A stretch of DNA of 64,000 bases from an uncultured Acidobacteriaceae bacterium (GTDB taxonomy: Bacteria > Acidobacteriota > Terriglobia > Terriglobales > Acidobacteriaceae): positions 9,586 to 73,585 of the forward strand of contig CAWBUK010000007.1 of NCBI GenBank assembly GCA_963791965.1, written 5' to 3'. How positions within the stretch are numbered: position 1 is the stretch's first letter; every line of letters starts with the position of its first letter. A program made the translations under genes and the position numbers. The notes under the pieces are model-generated. The model searched no databases. It was not told the origin of the DNA and worked only from the letters and a program-made list of their open reading frames with translations. Below are positions 28,305 to 39,357 of the stretch, piece after piece.

Positions 28305-29555
28305 ATGAAGACATCACCTCCAGTGCTGCTGACGCACGCCGCGCAGTTGCTTACCTTGCGCGGCCATTCCGCTCCTCGCCGCGGAGCCCACATGCTCGAC
28401 CTCGGCATCGTCCCCGACGGCGCCGTGCTGCTGCACAGCGGCGTGATCGTCAGCGTTGGTCCAACCGACGAGGTGACCCGCCATACCTTGGCCGGCAACG
28501 CCGAGGAGATTGACTGCCACGGCAAAGTCATCCTCCCTGGATTTGTCGACTCGCACACCCATCCCGTATTCACCGCTCCGCGGCTGGTGGACTTCGAAAA
28601 GCGTATCGCCGGCGCAAGCTACGAAGAAATAGCTGCCGCTGGCGGAGGCATTCGCGCCAGCTTGCAGGCGTGCGGGAGGCTTCGGCGGAGCAACTGGCGC
28701 AGCACGTAACACGAGCTTTCGAAGAAATGTCGCAGCAGGGAACCACGACCGTCGAAGCCAAGTCGGGATATGGGCTCAGCTTCGACGCCGAGATGAAGTC
28801 GCTTCGGGCCATAAAGCTTGCCGCCCAAACTTGGGAAGGCACGGTGGTCTCGACCTTGCTCGGCGCGCACGTCGTCCCACCCGAATACCGCAGCGATCCC
28901 GAAGCCTATGTCGCGATCATTTGCGAACAGATGATTCCCGCCGTTGCCAGCGAAAAGCTCGCGGAATACGTTGACGTCTTCTGCGAGAAGGGAGCTTTCA
29001 CCGTCGAGCAATCGACGAAGATTCTACGAGCCGCCGTCAATCACGGTCTCAAGACGCGCGTCCATCTCTGCCAGCTAACCCCTGCCGAACTCGCACCGCT
29101 CCTGCAATTTCATCCCACCAGCCTCGACCACATGGACTATGTCAGCGACGCCGACCTGCCCGCTCTCGCGCAGTCAGACACCGTAGCTACGCTGCTTCCC
29201 GCGGTCAACTACTTCCTTGGCCTCGACCGCTTTCCTCCCGCCCGCAAGCTGATCGACAGTGGCGTGGCTGTGGCGCTTGCCACCGACTACAACCCCGGAA
29301 GCTCTCCCACGCCTTCGATGCCATTTGTGCTCTCGGCCGCCTGTACCCACATGAAGATGGCGCCCGCCGAGGCGCATCACCGCCGCCACCATCAACGGCG
29401 CCTGCGCTCTCAACCTGCAGCATCGAAAGGGATCGCTGGACCCCGGCAAAGACGCCGATGTCGCCGTCTTCGACGCCTCTGACTATCGTGAACTTGCCTA
29501 CTGGTTTGGAGTAAACCACTGTCGGCAGGTCTTTCTGAATGGACACCGCCTGTAG
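28305..29555 (+). pseudogene. hutI: imidazolonepropionase, interrupted by two 1-nt frame shifts
   Basis: GFVDSHTHPVF, GGGIRAS, ATDYNPGSSP. Frame 0 changes to frame 2 at about 28660-28670 and back at about 29370-29376. The restored C-terminus ..PAEAITAATINGACALNL..GKDADVAVFD.. ends at TAG 29553-29555. Confidence 0.85.
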
Positions 29556-29684
29556 CCGCCTGGCTCACACAGGGGCAGCCAAACCGTCTATGATTCGTAG
29601 TATTCTCGCGGAACTCAGGGGTGTTTCCGCGCGTACCACCCACAGGTCCCGCAGCTAGAAATTCCAGAATTTCAGGAAAGCCAA

Positions 29685-32341
29685 ATGAAACGCACCTTGT
29701 TTATCTGCGCCACCGTCCTTGTCGCCTGCTGCACCGCTTTCGCGCAGCGCCTGCCCGGCGGAGCAACGCCCAGCCACTACAACCTGTCGTTCAATATCAA
29801 TTTCGCGACCAATAGCTTTGAGGGCGATGAGTCCATCGACGTCATGCTGGCCAAGCCCAGCAACACCATCACGCTGAATGCGATGGAGATCGACTTCCAC
29901 CAGGTCACCATCACCACCGCCGGACAGACCCAGACTGCCAAGCTCTCCGCCGATGCCGATAAGGAAATGGAGACCTTCACCGTCGACAAGGAACTGCCTG
30001 CCGGCCCGGCCACCATTCACATCACGTACACCGGCCACCTCAACGACAAGCTGCGTGGGCTATATCTCAGCACCTACAAGGGACGCAAGTACGCGGTCTC
30101 GCAGATGGAATCCACTGACGCGCGCGTCGCCTTCCCCAGCTTCGACGAGCCCGGCTACAAAGCGACCTTCGACATCAGCGCCATCGTGGACAAGGGCGAC
30201 ACCGCCATCTCCAACAACGAAGTGGTCTCCGACCAGCCCGGCCCCGGCGACAAGCACACCATCAAGTTCGCAACCACTCCCAAGATGTCGAGCTACCTGG
30301 TAGCGCTCACCGTTGGCGATTGGAAGTGTCAGCACGACGAAGTTGATGGCATCAAGATCGGCGTATGCACCGTGCCGGGACGCGAAAATCTCACTCGCTA
30401 CCCGCTCGACGCCACCAAGGCCATCCTGCACTACTACAACACTTACTACTCCATTAAATATCCGCTCAAGAAGCTCGATGAAATCGCTGTGCCCGACTTC
30501 CAGGCCGGAGCCATGGAGAACTGGGGCGCCATCATCTACCGCGAGACGGCGTTGCTGGTCGACGAAAAGACCGGCTCGTTCGGAGCCAAGCGTGGAGTCG
30601 CCGATGTCATCGCCCACGAAGTCGCGCACCAATGGTTTGGCGACCTGGTCACCATGCAATGGTGGGATGACATCTGGCTCAACGAAGGCTTCGCCACCTG
30701 GATGACTCCTCATCCCGTCAGCGCATGGAAGCCTGACTGGCTCATCAGCCAGGACGTGGTTGAAAATTCGCAAAACGCCCTCTCCGAAGATGGCGTGCAA
30801 AATACCCGCCCTATCCACCAGGAAGCCACCACCCGTGGTGAGATCGAGTCGCTGTTTGACGGCATCGCCTACGGCAAGACCGCTGCCGTGCTGCACATGC
30901 TCGAGTCCTACGTCGGGCCCGAGAACTTCCGCGCCGGCGTGAACCTCTACTTGAAGGAACACGCTTACGGCAACGCCACAGCCTCCGACTTCTGGAACGC
31001 CATGGCCCGCGCCACTCACAAGCCCATCGACCAGATCATGCCGACCTTCGTGATGCAGGCTGGCGAGCCCTTCGTCAGGTGGACGCCAAGTGCGAGGGTG
31101 GCAACACAACTCTGGACTTATCGCAGAAACGTTACTTCAACAACCCGGAAGCCTTCGGCGCTCCCAACGATCAGCTCTGGCAGATCCCTATCTGCGTCAA
31201 AGGCGTGGGCGATCCTGCCGCACAGAACCAATGCTTCCTGATGACCAGGCGGGAGCAGCAGTTCAACCTCAAAGGCTGCTCGAAGTTCGTATTCCTCAAT
31301 GACGGAGGCCTGGGCTATTACCGCTTCAGCTACGATGCAAATGCGCTACAGAACTTGAGCGGTACGGCGGAACAGGGACTCACTCCCGACGAGCGCATTG
31401 CACTAGTCGGCGATGAGTGGGCTCTGATGCGTGCCGGCATGTCGAAGGCGGGCGACTATCTCGCCTTGGGCGCGCAGTTCAAGAACACTCCCGGCTACGT
31501 ATTGTTAGACAACTTCACCGATCATCTGCAGTTCGTTAACGACGAACTGGTGAGCGATGCCGACCGTCCTGAGATGCAGTCCTGGATACGGCAAACCTTC
31601 TCGCCCATGTTGCAGCAGATGGGCTACACACCGAAGGCCAGCGAACCTCCCACCGAGCGGCAGAAGCGCGCTGTCCTGTTCAACTTGCTTGGCTACCTCG
31701 GCAACGATCCCAAGGTTAACCAGCAGGCCCAAACCATGGTGCAGGCCTATATGCGCGATCCTCAGTCCGTGGATCCAACCTTGGCCGGCACTCTGTTGGC
31801 GGTAGCGGCGCGGCACGGAGACGCCGAACTCTACAGCCAGTTCAAAGCGCAGATGAAAGCGGCCAAAACACCGGAACAGTACTATCGCTACTTCCGGGTG
31901 CTGGGCGACTTCCAGCAGCCCAAGCTGATCGATGAAACGTTGGCTTCTGCACTCACTCCGGAAGTGCGCAGCCAGGATCTCTACATGCTGCCGAACCTCA
32001 TGCAGAATCCTGCGGCGCGCCAGGCCACTTGGGATTTCATGCGCAAGAATTACGACGCTCTCAGCGACAAGACCGGCGGAGGACTGGGTGGCTTTGGTAT
32101 CTTCCTCGGTGCCGCCGAGGCTTTCTGCAGCCCCGACAAAGCGCAGGAAGTGCAACAGTTCTTTGCGCAGCATCCCATCCAGGGAACTGAACGCAATCAG
32201 AAAGAAGCCATCGAGTCTATCAACAGTTGCGCAACGCTGAAGCAGCAACAGCAAGGTACGCTGTCAGCCTGGTTGAAACACAACGCCTCAACCAGCGTCG
32301 CGGGCAGGGAAGCAAAGGCAGGCAACGCATCGGTGCAGTAA
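29685..32341 (+). pseudogene. M1-family aminopeptidase N-like, interrupted by a 1-nt frame shift
   Basis: GAMENWG and HEVAHQWFG-x18-E zinc motifs, signal peptide. ORFs 29685..31241 and 31079..32341 join at about 31074-31080 (..GEPFV(K)VDAKCEGG..). Confidence 0.85.
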
Positions 32342-32367
32342 CCATCTGTTTCGCACTCGTTTGTTGA

Positions 32368-32397
32368 AGAGAGGTCCTCACCCGGGACCTCTTTTTT
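32368..32397 (+). terminator. Rho-independent terminator after the aminopeptidase gene
   Basis: AGAGGTCC-TCACCCG-GGACCTCT followed by TTTTT, 27 nt after the stop codon. Confidence 0.7.
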
Positions 32398-32502
32398 CCT
32401 CCTGTTCAACAAATGGTGGAGCGAGCGTTCCTCGTGTAGTGCTTCCGCAAGCCTGAGTTGCAGCATCTCAATCTGTTGTCCAGCTTGCCGTAAACTCGCT
32501 AT

Positions 32503-33765
32503 ATGAGTGCTGATGTCATCGTCGTTGGTGCCGGTGTTTCCGGCTTGGTCTGCGCCCTCGAACTCACCCGGCTCGGCTTTTCCGTACACGTACTAGAAGC
32601 TTCCGATGGCGTAGGTGGCCGGGTTCGCACCGACGTAGTCGACGGCTTCCGCCTCGACCGCGGATTTCAGGTGCTGCTCACCGCCTATCCCGAAGCACGC
32701 CGTTGGCTGAGCTACGATGGACTCAGCCTGCACACCTTCGAGCCCGGCGCGATGGTGCAATTCGAAGGCAAATCGCATCGCATTGCCGACCCCCTGCGCC
32801 GTCCTTTGCAAGCCTTAAGCTCGGCATTCGCTCCGATCGGCACGTTGAACGACAAGCTGCTGATCGCCAGGCTGCGGGAAGAACTCGTCCACAGCGACAT
32901 CGACGAAGTTCTCACTTCGCCGGAAATCTCTACCCTCGAAGCTCTCCGCGTATACGGATTTTCCGAGCAGATCATCGAGCGTTTTTTCCGCCCCTTTCTC
33001 GGCGGCATCTTCCTCGATCCCGATCTGGCGACTTCAAGCCGCATGTTCCGCTTTGTGTTTCGTATGTTCTCGCTCGGTCAGGCCGCGCTTCCTGCCGATG
33101 GCATGCAGGCGATTCCGCAACAGCTCGCATCGGCCCTGCCCGACGGGTCGATTCAGTTAAACGCGCCGGTCGAAAGCATCACGGGACATTCGGTTCGGCT
33201 CAAGAATGGGGAAGAGCTGCATGCACCGGCGATCGTCGTCGCGTGCGATCCCGTGAGCGCGGAACGGCTGCTGTCATCCACCGACGCCGGAGTGCGCACC
33301 GCCATGCGCGGCGTGTATTGCATCTACTTCGCCGCGGAGCAGGTTCCCATCGACGAGCCCTACCTGGTATTGAACGGCGATGGCTCCGGTCCCATTAACA
33401 ACTTGTGTGTACCTAGTGTGGTGGCGCCCAACTACGCGCCTCCAGGAGCGCATCTGGTCTCCGTAACCGTGCTGAAGCCCGCAATCAACAACGACGCGAT
33501 GCTCCAGCAGGTGAGGGAACAATTAACCCGCTGGTTCGGCCCCGAAGCTCAGAGCTGGCAGCACCTGCGCACCTATCACATTCCTCAAGCATTGCCCGAC
33601 CAGGCGCTTTCCCATGGCGGAGTTCACATGTCGCCGGTTCGAGTCGAGAAAGGCTTATACGTATGCGGAGACCATCGCCGCACCGCCTCGCTCAACGGTG
33701 CCATGAACGCCGGACGCCGTGCCGCCGAAGCGCTGGCCGCTGACTTCGCAGCCGAACATCCATAA
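32503..33765 (+). CDS. NAD(P)/FAD-dependent oxidoreductase (amine-oxidase/phytoene-desaturase-like)
   Basis: VIVVGAGVSGLVCALEL...LEASDGVGGRVRT dinucleotide-binding signature. Confidence 0.8.
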   Translation: MSADVIVVGAGVSGLVCALELTRLGFSVHVLEASDGVGGRVRTDVVDGFRLDRGFQVLLTAYPEARRWLSYDGLSLHTFEPGAMVQFEGKSHRIADPLRRPLQALSSAFAPIGTLNDKLLIARLREELVHSDIDEVLTSPEISTLEALRVYGFSEQIIERFFRPFLGGIFLDPDLATSSRMFRFVFRMFSLGQAALPADGMQAIPQQLASALPDGSIQLNAPVESITGHSVRLKNGEELHAPAIVVACDPVSAERLLSSTDAGVRTAMRGVYCIYFAAEQVPIDEPYLVLNGDGSGPINNLCVPSVVAPNYAPPGAHLVSVTVLKPAINNDAMLQQVREQLTRWFGPEAQSWQHLRTYHIPQALPDQALSHGGVHMSPVRVEKGLYVCGDHRRTASLNGAMNAGRRAAEALAADFAAEHP

Positions 33766-33790
33766 CGGCGCACTCCCGTAAAATCGATTC

Positions 33791-34651
33791 ATGCGCCGCC
33801 CTCAAATCCTATTAGCTGTCGCGTTGCTCCTGCTCACCCTCGCCTGCTCCAAAAAACCGGCCGATAAGCGCTACGAGTTGCAGGGCGAAGTCGTGGCCGT
33901 CGATTCCGTCGCCCACCAGATCACGGTGGCCCACGAAGATATTCCCGGGCTGATGCCGGGCATGACCATGCCATTCCTCGTCGGTCCCAATGATGAATGG
34001 GTGTTCGGCAAAATTGCTCCTGGTGACAAAATCCATGCCACCCTGGTGCTGGGCAAAACTGCGGAATTGCAGGACATCAACTTCACCAAGCAGTCAGCCC
34101 CAACCAACGACGGAACGACCACCCTGCACGTCCCGCAACCGGGAGAGTCGGTTCCCGACCTTGCGTTCCTCAATCAGAACGACAAGCGGATCCATCTGGC
34201 GCAGTTTCGCGGCAAGCCCCTGCTCCTGACGTTCATCTATACCCGTTGCCCTATGCCGGACTTTTGTCTATTGATGAGCAACAACTTCAGCGAAATACTT
34301 AAACAATTACATGAAGACCCGAAAGCCTTCGCTCAGGCCCAATTGCTGAGCATTTCCATCGACCCCGCCTACGACAAACCCGACGTCCTGCGCCAGTACG
34401 GAAAGCGCTACGTCGGCGACCTCGATCCCAATTTTCAGCACTGGCAATTTGCTACCGGCTCCCCGGAGCAAATCAAGCAAGCGGCCGACTACTTTGGCCT
34501 CGCCTATAACCAGAAATCCGGCCAGATCGTGCACAGCCTGAGCACGGTTCTCATCGGCCCCGACGGTAAGGTCATCAAGGTCTGGCTCGGCAATGAGTGG
34601 AAGCCGGCCGACGTCGCCGCCGCCGCCTACGCCGCGGTGCTGCACAGCTGA
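33791..34651 (+). CDS. SCO1/SenC-family lipoprotein with an N-terminal Met-rich (CusF-like) domain
   Basis: Lipobox LLTLAC. IPGLMPGMTMPF. Thioredoxin-fold FIYTRCPMPDFC. Confidence 0.75.
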   Translation: MRRPQILLAVALLLLTLACSKKPADKRYELQGEVVAVDSVAHQITVAHEDIPGLMPGMTMPFLVGPNDEWVFGKIAPGDKIHATLVLGKTAELQDINFTKQSAPTNDGTTTLHVPQPGESVPDLAFLNQNDKRIHLAQFRGKPLLLTFIYTRCPMPDFCLLMSNNFSEILKQLHEDPKAFAQAQLLSISIDPAYDKPDVLRQYGKRYVGDLDPNFQHWQFATGSPEQIKQAADYFGLAYNQKSGQIVHSLSTVLIGPDGKVIKVWLGNEWKPADVAAAAYAAVLHS

Positions 34652-34746
34652 TCGTGCCTGTCTCCCAACCCAGCGCCGCAGGCGCGACTCAGCGTAGCCC
34701 CGCGTGGAGCGAAGCGGAACGTGGGGTACGCGGTGTTCTAGGGGTT

Positions 34747-34767
34747 TGGAGCCCGGCCCGGGCTCCA
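34747..34767. repeat. REP-like palindrome
   Basis: TGGAGCCCGG-C-CCGGGCTCCA is a perfect 10+10 palindrome. The neighbouring GTACGCGGTGTT motif is shared with 27998-28009. Confidence 0.5.
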
Positions 34768-34821
34768 ACGTTCTCCGCTGAAAGCTGGAACTTTTTGTGC
34801 GCCTCTGACGCCTAACCGAGT

Positions 34822-35589
34822 ATGGCGAGAACCCTCAGCAAGTTCCTGTTCCTTATGGTTGCCGGAGCCCTCAGTCTCATTCTCGTCCTATACCTTTCCT
34901 TGCTCGGACTAGAGGCGTACTCCGCGAGTCAAGCCGCCCAGGTTCTAAGCGGCCTCGAGGCTCTTCGGATCGGCGACCCTGTCGGCGACTTCGACAAAGT
35001 CGTGTCCGGCATGCCGACCCGGTACGGCATGCACGTCTTGGGTGCAGGAGGTTTCGACGCGGCTGAGAAATTGGCGGGCCAACGAGCTTGGAGCCTTAAA
35101 CTGCGCGAAATTCTCTGCCGAGCTGGGTTGCGATGGTGGGAACTCGCCGCTTCAGCCGACGCTCCAAACGGGAAGCTCAGCGCAGTCTATGTTCGGCTAT
35201 TGGTGGATAGCCGGTATGAGACGCTTGGAGCCCGGTGGACTCTCACGCCGGACATCCCGTGGCCCGAAAAGGAAATGGAATTGAGCGAAGACGACCGCCG
35301 CACTGCGATTGGCTGGTTCCATATAACCAGTGCCAGGAGCGGAGAGGGCCTAAGAATCAACGCGACGGACCAAAGCACGAAAGAGGAGCTTGACGCTCGC
35401 ACCATCAACCGTAAATGTCTGCTTTCGTTTCGCGGTTGCGATGGATTCTGCGAGTTGCTGCCCGACGTCGTTCCAGTCCTCAAGGAACGGAAACGCAACT
35501 GGGGGACGAGCACCGGCGTTCCACGATCACCCTGCGATCCAGCACCGGAGAAGACAGGAGATGTGCAGTCGGACCCATGTCCACAGTGA
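34822..35589 (+). CDS. hypothetical membrane-anchored protein
   Basis: N-terminal TM helix ([23 protein letters not shown]). No recognisable domain. Confidence 0.5.
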   Translation: MARTLSKFLFLMVAGALSLILVLYLSLLGLEAYSASQAAQVLSGLEALRIGDPVGDFDKVVSGMPTRYGMHVLGAGGFDAAEKLAGQRAWSLKLREILCRAGLRWWELAASADAPNGKLSAVYVRLLVDSRYETLGARWTLTPDIPWPEKEMELSEDDRRTAIGWFHITSARSGEGLRINATDQSTKEELDARTINRKCLLSFRGCDGFCELLPDVVPVLKERKRNWGTSTGVPRSPCDPAPEKTGDVQSDPCPQ

Positions 35590-35643
35590 TGGTGCCGCCC
35601 GCGAGGTACGGACTTGCGAAATCTTTGTAACCTCCACTAGTCA

Positions 35644-36904
35644 CTATTGCTCGACCACCACCCGCACCATCTTCTTTCCCGCGCGCAAGGTGAACTCCAC
35701 CCCCAGCTTCACACTCGCCACCAGCTCCGTCTTCAACTCGCCATCGATCTTCACGGCGTTCTGTTTTACTTTGCGCGAACCATCGGACACAGACGTCGCC
35801 AACCCGGCAGCCGCCAGCAGCCGGTCGATTCTCACCTGCGCGACTCCGTCGGTCACGACCGAGTTGGGAGCAGCCACTTCTTCCAGCTTCACCGTAATCA
35901 GCGGCAAGTCTTCCGGCGCTTCCTGCTTCTGGAACATGCGCGACCATTCTTCGCGCCGCGTGTTCGGCAGCGTCGTACCCGTGGAAGTCGTTCACGATGT
36001 GCTTGCCTAGGTCCTGCTTGAGCTTCATCGGATGCGCGTCGCCATTTGCGACTGCCTGCTTCAGCGCTTCAATCTCGCGCGACGTCAGGTCTGTGAGCAG
36101 CTCGTAGTAACGCCACATCAGCTCGTCGGAGATCGACATCACCTTCCCAAACATCTCCTGCGGCGGCTCGGTGATGCCGATGTAATTCCCATACGACTTC
36201 GACATCTTCTGCACGCCGTCCGTGCCTTCCAGCAGCGGCATGGTCAGCACAATCTGAGGCGGCTGATTGTAATCGCGTTGCAACTGGCGTCCCATCAGCA
36301 GGTTGAATTTCTGGTCGGTTCCGCCCAGCTCGACATCGGCTTCCAGCGCGACCGAGTCATATCCCTGCGCAATCGGATACAGCAGCTCGTGCATGGCGAT
36401 AGGCTTCTCTTCGGTGAACCGCTTGTGGAAGTCTTCGCGCTCCAGCATCTGCGACACCGTAAACTTCGCCGCCAGCCGGATGAAGCCTTCGAATCCAAGC
36501 TTGCCCAGCCAGTCGCTGTTGAAGCGCACCTCGGTCTTGTCGCGGTCGAGAATCTTGAATACCTGTGCCTTATACGTCTCGGCGTTGGCGTCGATCTGCT
36601 CGCGGGTTAGCGGAGGCCGCGTCACCGACCGTCCCGACGGATCGCCGATCAGTCCGGTGAAGTCGCCGATGAGGAAGATCACCGTGTGCCCCATGTCCTG
36701 AAAGTGTTTCAGCTTGCGCATGAGCACGGTGTGTCCCAGGTGCAGATCGGGAGCCGTGGGATCGAAGCCGGCTTTCACCCGCATGGGCTTGCCGGTGCGC
36801 AGCGACTTATCGAGGCGCTCGCACAGATCGCCTTCGCGAATGATTTCGGCTGCGCCCTTGCGCAGGTATTCCAGTTGTTCGGCAACAGGCAGGAATGCAG
36901 GCAT
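35644..36904 (-). pseudogene. tyrS: tyrosine--tRNA ligase, interrupted by a 1-nt frame shift
   Basis: HLGH (DLHLGHTV) and KMSKS motifs in ORF 35480..36904. The S4-like C-terminal domain is ORF 35644..35937. They join at about 35950-35965 (..[24 protein letters not shown]..). The out-of-frame tail of the long ORF is Gly/Arg-rich nonsense. Confidence 0.9.
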
Positions 36905-36927
36905 AAGAGACGATTATAAGAAAAGCT

Positions 36928-37005
36928 AGGCATCAGGTCTCAGTCTCCAGGTGTCAGATGGTATTCAAGAGCAAACGCGGGACGGACACTGAGACCTGAA
37001 ACCCT
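36928..37005. repeat. inverted pair of heptamer-periodic arrays in the tyrS / oxidoreductase divergent region
   Basis: 36928-36962 reads AGGCATC AGGTCTC AGTCTCC AGGTGTC AGATGGT. 36985-37005 reads GACACTG AGACCTG AAACCCT. GGTCTCAGT and ACTGAGACC are complementary. Confidence 0.65.
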
Positions 37006-37063
37006 GAAGCGTTCTAGCGCTTCTCATCATCTACTGCTCGACGACAGGGGTAGACTTTCCATC

Positions 37064-38740
37064 ATGGCAATTAGTGCGGTTCCTCTTCCTAGCAGTTTCG
37101 ATTACAAGGCACAGATGTTTCCCACTCTGACGGCAGCGCAGATCGACCGCATCCGTCCTTGGGCGAAGGTGCGGCCGGTGAAGGCGGGTGAGATTCTCTT
37201 CCAGCCTGGTGACGAGCACGTTCCCTTTTTTGTTCTTCTGTCCGGCAGTCTCGAAATTGTGCAGCCCAGCCAGGCTGACCAGGTGATTGTGACTCATGTG
37301 GCCGGGAGCTTTGCCGGGGAAATCACCACCATGTCGGGCCAGCGTGCTTTCGTGCTGGGCCGCGTGGGGAGTGCGGGCGAATTCCTGGAAGTGAAGCATG
37401 ACGATTTCCGCACACTGATCGGTCGCGATGCTGAGCTCAGCGAGATCTTTCTTAAGGCATTCATCCTGCGCCGTGTCGCCCTGGTTCAAGGGCAACTGGG
37501 AAACGTCATCATCCTGGGATCGCGGCACTCCGCGGCAACGCTGAAGCTGCGCGAATTCCTGGGACGCAACGGTTACCCATACCTGTATCGCGATCTGGAA
37601 ACCGACACTGCGTCGCAGGAACTGCTCGACCGCTTCAACATCAGCGCCGACGAAATTCCGGTGGCCATCTGCAACGGCGTACACGTTCTGAAGAATCCGT
37701 CGATTCAGCGGTTGGCCGACTGCCTGGGACTGAATGGCAATGTCGATCAAAGTACGGTCCGCGATGTGATCATCGTGGGCGCGGGCCCTTCGGGACTGGC
37801 GGCGGCAGTTTATGCGGCTTCGGAAGGCCTCGATGCGTTGCTGGTGGAGACATCGACTCCGGGCGGCCAGGCTGGCTCCAGCTCAAAGATCGAAAACTAT
37901 CTGGGGTTTCCCACCGGCATCTCCGGCCAGGAGTTGACGGGCCGCGCCTTGACCCAGGCGATTAAGTTCGGCGCCGACATCATGGTGTCGCGCAGTGCCG
38001 TGCGGCTTGCATGCGTGCGCCGCCCCTACTACATCCAGCTGGAGGACGACACCAAAGTTGCGGCTCGCACCGTGGTGATCGCGACTGGCGCGCAGTACAA
38101 CCGGCCGGCGCTTCTCAACCTCGCGAAGTTTGACGGCGTGGGCATTTACTATGGCGCGACTTACATGGAAGCGCAGCTTTGTGAGGGGGACGACGTAATC
38201 GTGGTGGGCGGCGGCAACTCGGCAGGCCAGGCAGCAGTCTTCCTGTCGCAAACCGCAAGCAAGGTCCACATGCTGGTGCGTTCAGGAAAACTGGCTGACA
38301 CGATGTCGCGGTATCTGATTCGCCGGATCGAGGAAAACCCCGCGATCGAGCTCCACCTGAATACGCAGATCGTTGCCCTGGATGGAGAGACGCAACTGGA
38401 GCGCGTCACATGGCAAGACAAAGCCACCGGGGAAGCGTCAACCCACGACATTCGACATGTATTCATCATGGCCGGCGCCTCCCCTCGCACCGATTGGCTC
38501 CAGGGCTGCCTCGCGCTCGATGGCAAAGGGTTCGTGCTCACCGGCCGCGACATTGAGGGCACGGCGCTGCATTCAGCGGGATGGCCGCTCACCCGCCCTC
38601 CGCAGATGCTGGAGACGACCTTGCCCGGCGTCTTCGCCGTAGGAGACGTCCGGTCCGGGAACGTCAAGCGTGTGGCATCAGCCGTCGGCGAAGGCTCGAT
38701 GGCGATCAGCCTGGTGCACCGTGCGCTAGCAGAGCTATAG
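37064..38740 (+). CDS. cyclic-nucleotide-binding domain / glutaredoxin-like / thioredoxin-reductase-like FAD oxidoreductase fusion
   Basis: The N-terminal cNMP-binding pattern is AGEILFQPGDEHVPFFVLLSGSLEI...GEITTMSGQRA. The TrxR-like part has VIIVGAGPSGLAAAVYAA, GGGNSAGQAA and GVFAVGDVR. Confidence 0.85.
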   Translation: MAISAVPLPSSFDYKAQMFPTLTAAQIDRIRPWAKVRPVKAGEILFQPGDEHVPFFVLLSGSLEIVQPSQADQVIVTHVAGSFAGEITTMSGQRAFVLGRVGSAGEFLEVKHDDFRTLIGRDAELSEIFLKAFILRRVALVQGQLGNVIILGSRHSAATLKLREFLGRNGYPYLYRDLETDTASQELLDRFNISADEIPVAICNGVHVLKNPSIQRLADCLGLNGNVDQSTVRDVIIVGAGPSGLAAAVYAASEGLDALLVETSTPGGQAGSSSKIENYLGFPTGISGQELTGRALTQAIKFGADIMVSRSAVRLACVRRPYYIQLEDDTKVAARTVVIATGAQYNRPALLNLAKFDGVGIYYGATYMEAQLCEGDDVIVVGGGNSAGQAAVFLSQTASKVHMLVRSGKLADTMSRYLIRRIEENPAIELHLNTQIVALDGETQLERVTWQDKATGEASTHDIRHVFIMAGASPRTDWLQGCLALDGKGFVLTGRDIEGTALHSAGWPLTRPPQMLETTLPGVFAVGDVRSGNVKRVASAVGEGSMAISLVHRALAEL

Positions 38741-38785
38741 GGCATTAGCGATTTTCGCGAGCTTTTCTATCAAGGACCGGGTAGT

Positions 38786-38928
38786 GCGGCGCTTCAGCGC
38801 CGCGTTGATGTCCTGTCATTCTGAGCGCAGCGAAGAACCTGCCTTCGCTGGGAGTGCGACCAACCGGCCAATTTGCCTTGTCATCACCAGCGCAGCAAGC
38901 TTGTCATCACGAGGTCGCCGCGGCGACC
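38786..38928. repeat. cluster of REP-like elements
   Basis: GCGGCGC-TTCA-GCGCCGC (38786-38803). TGTCATTCTGAGCGCAGCGAAGAACCTGC (about 38813-38842). GGTCGCCGCGGCGACC (38913-38928; the same 16-mer recurs at 40816-40831). Confidence 0.55.
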
Positions 38929-38985
38929 GAGGGATCTGTTCTCGTCCGCAGCGCCACATGGCTTCCAACGACAACGACGCCCAAG

Positions 38986-39285
38986 CGTCTGCTTCGTATC
39001 AGGGCACGGCTTTACATGCTGCTGATGATCCTGGGATCGTCTGCTTTGTATCAGGGCACGGCTTCACATGCTGCTGATGATCCTGGGAATCGTCTGCTTC
39101 GTATCAGGGCACGGCTTTACATGCTGCTGATGATCCTGGGAATCGTCTGCTTTGTATCAGGGCACGGCTTTACATGCTGCTGATGATCCTGGGATCGTCT
39201 GCTTCGTATCAGGGCACGGCTTTACATGCTGCTGATGATCCTGGGATCGACCGCTTTGTATCAGGGCACGGCTTCAGCCGTGCCG
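38986..39285. repeat. 52/53-bp tandem repeat, 5 full copies plus 1 partial
   Basis: The unit is CGTCTGCTT(C/T)GTATCAGGGCACGGCTT(T/C)ACATGCTGCTGATGATCCTGGGA(A)T. Copies start at 38986, 39038, 39091, 39144, 39196 and 39248. The last, partial copy ends in the perfect hairpin GGCACGGC-TTCA-GCCGTGCC (39265-39284). Confidence 0.9.
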
Positions 39286-39357
39286 CTAGGCTTTGCACGA
39301 ACCGGGCTTTAGCCCCTGTCTGGACGCAAGTAGCGTGACTCTGACAACAAGCTAGCT

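Noticed and set aside
36905-37063. T-box leader upstream of tyrS.
   Set aside because: The region is only about 125 nt long and is dominated by the heptamer arrays. No specifier-loop or T-box (AGGGTGGNACCGCG-like) sequence is visible.
38784-39183. ORFs 38784..39077 and 38854..39183 reading through the REP cluster and the minisatellite.
   Set aside because: They are open only because the repeat lacks stops in that frame. A repeat unit of 52/53 nt changes the frame from copy to copy, and the translations are repetitive nonsense.
38986-39285. Possible CRISPR array, given regularly spaced repeats.
   Set aside because: The 52/53-bp units are contiguous and nearly identical across their full length. 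There are no unique spacers between them, and no cas genes are nearby. This is a tandem repeat.
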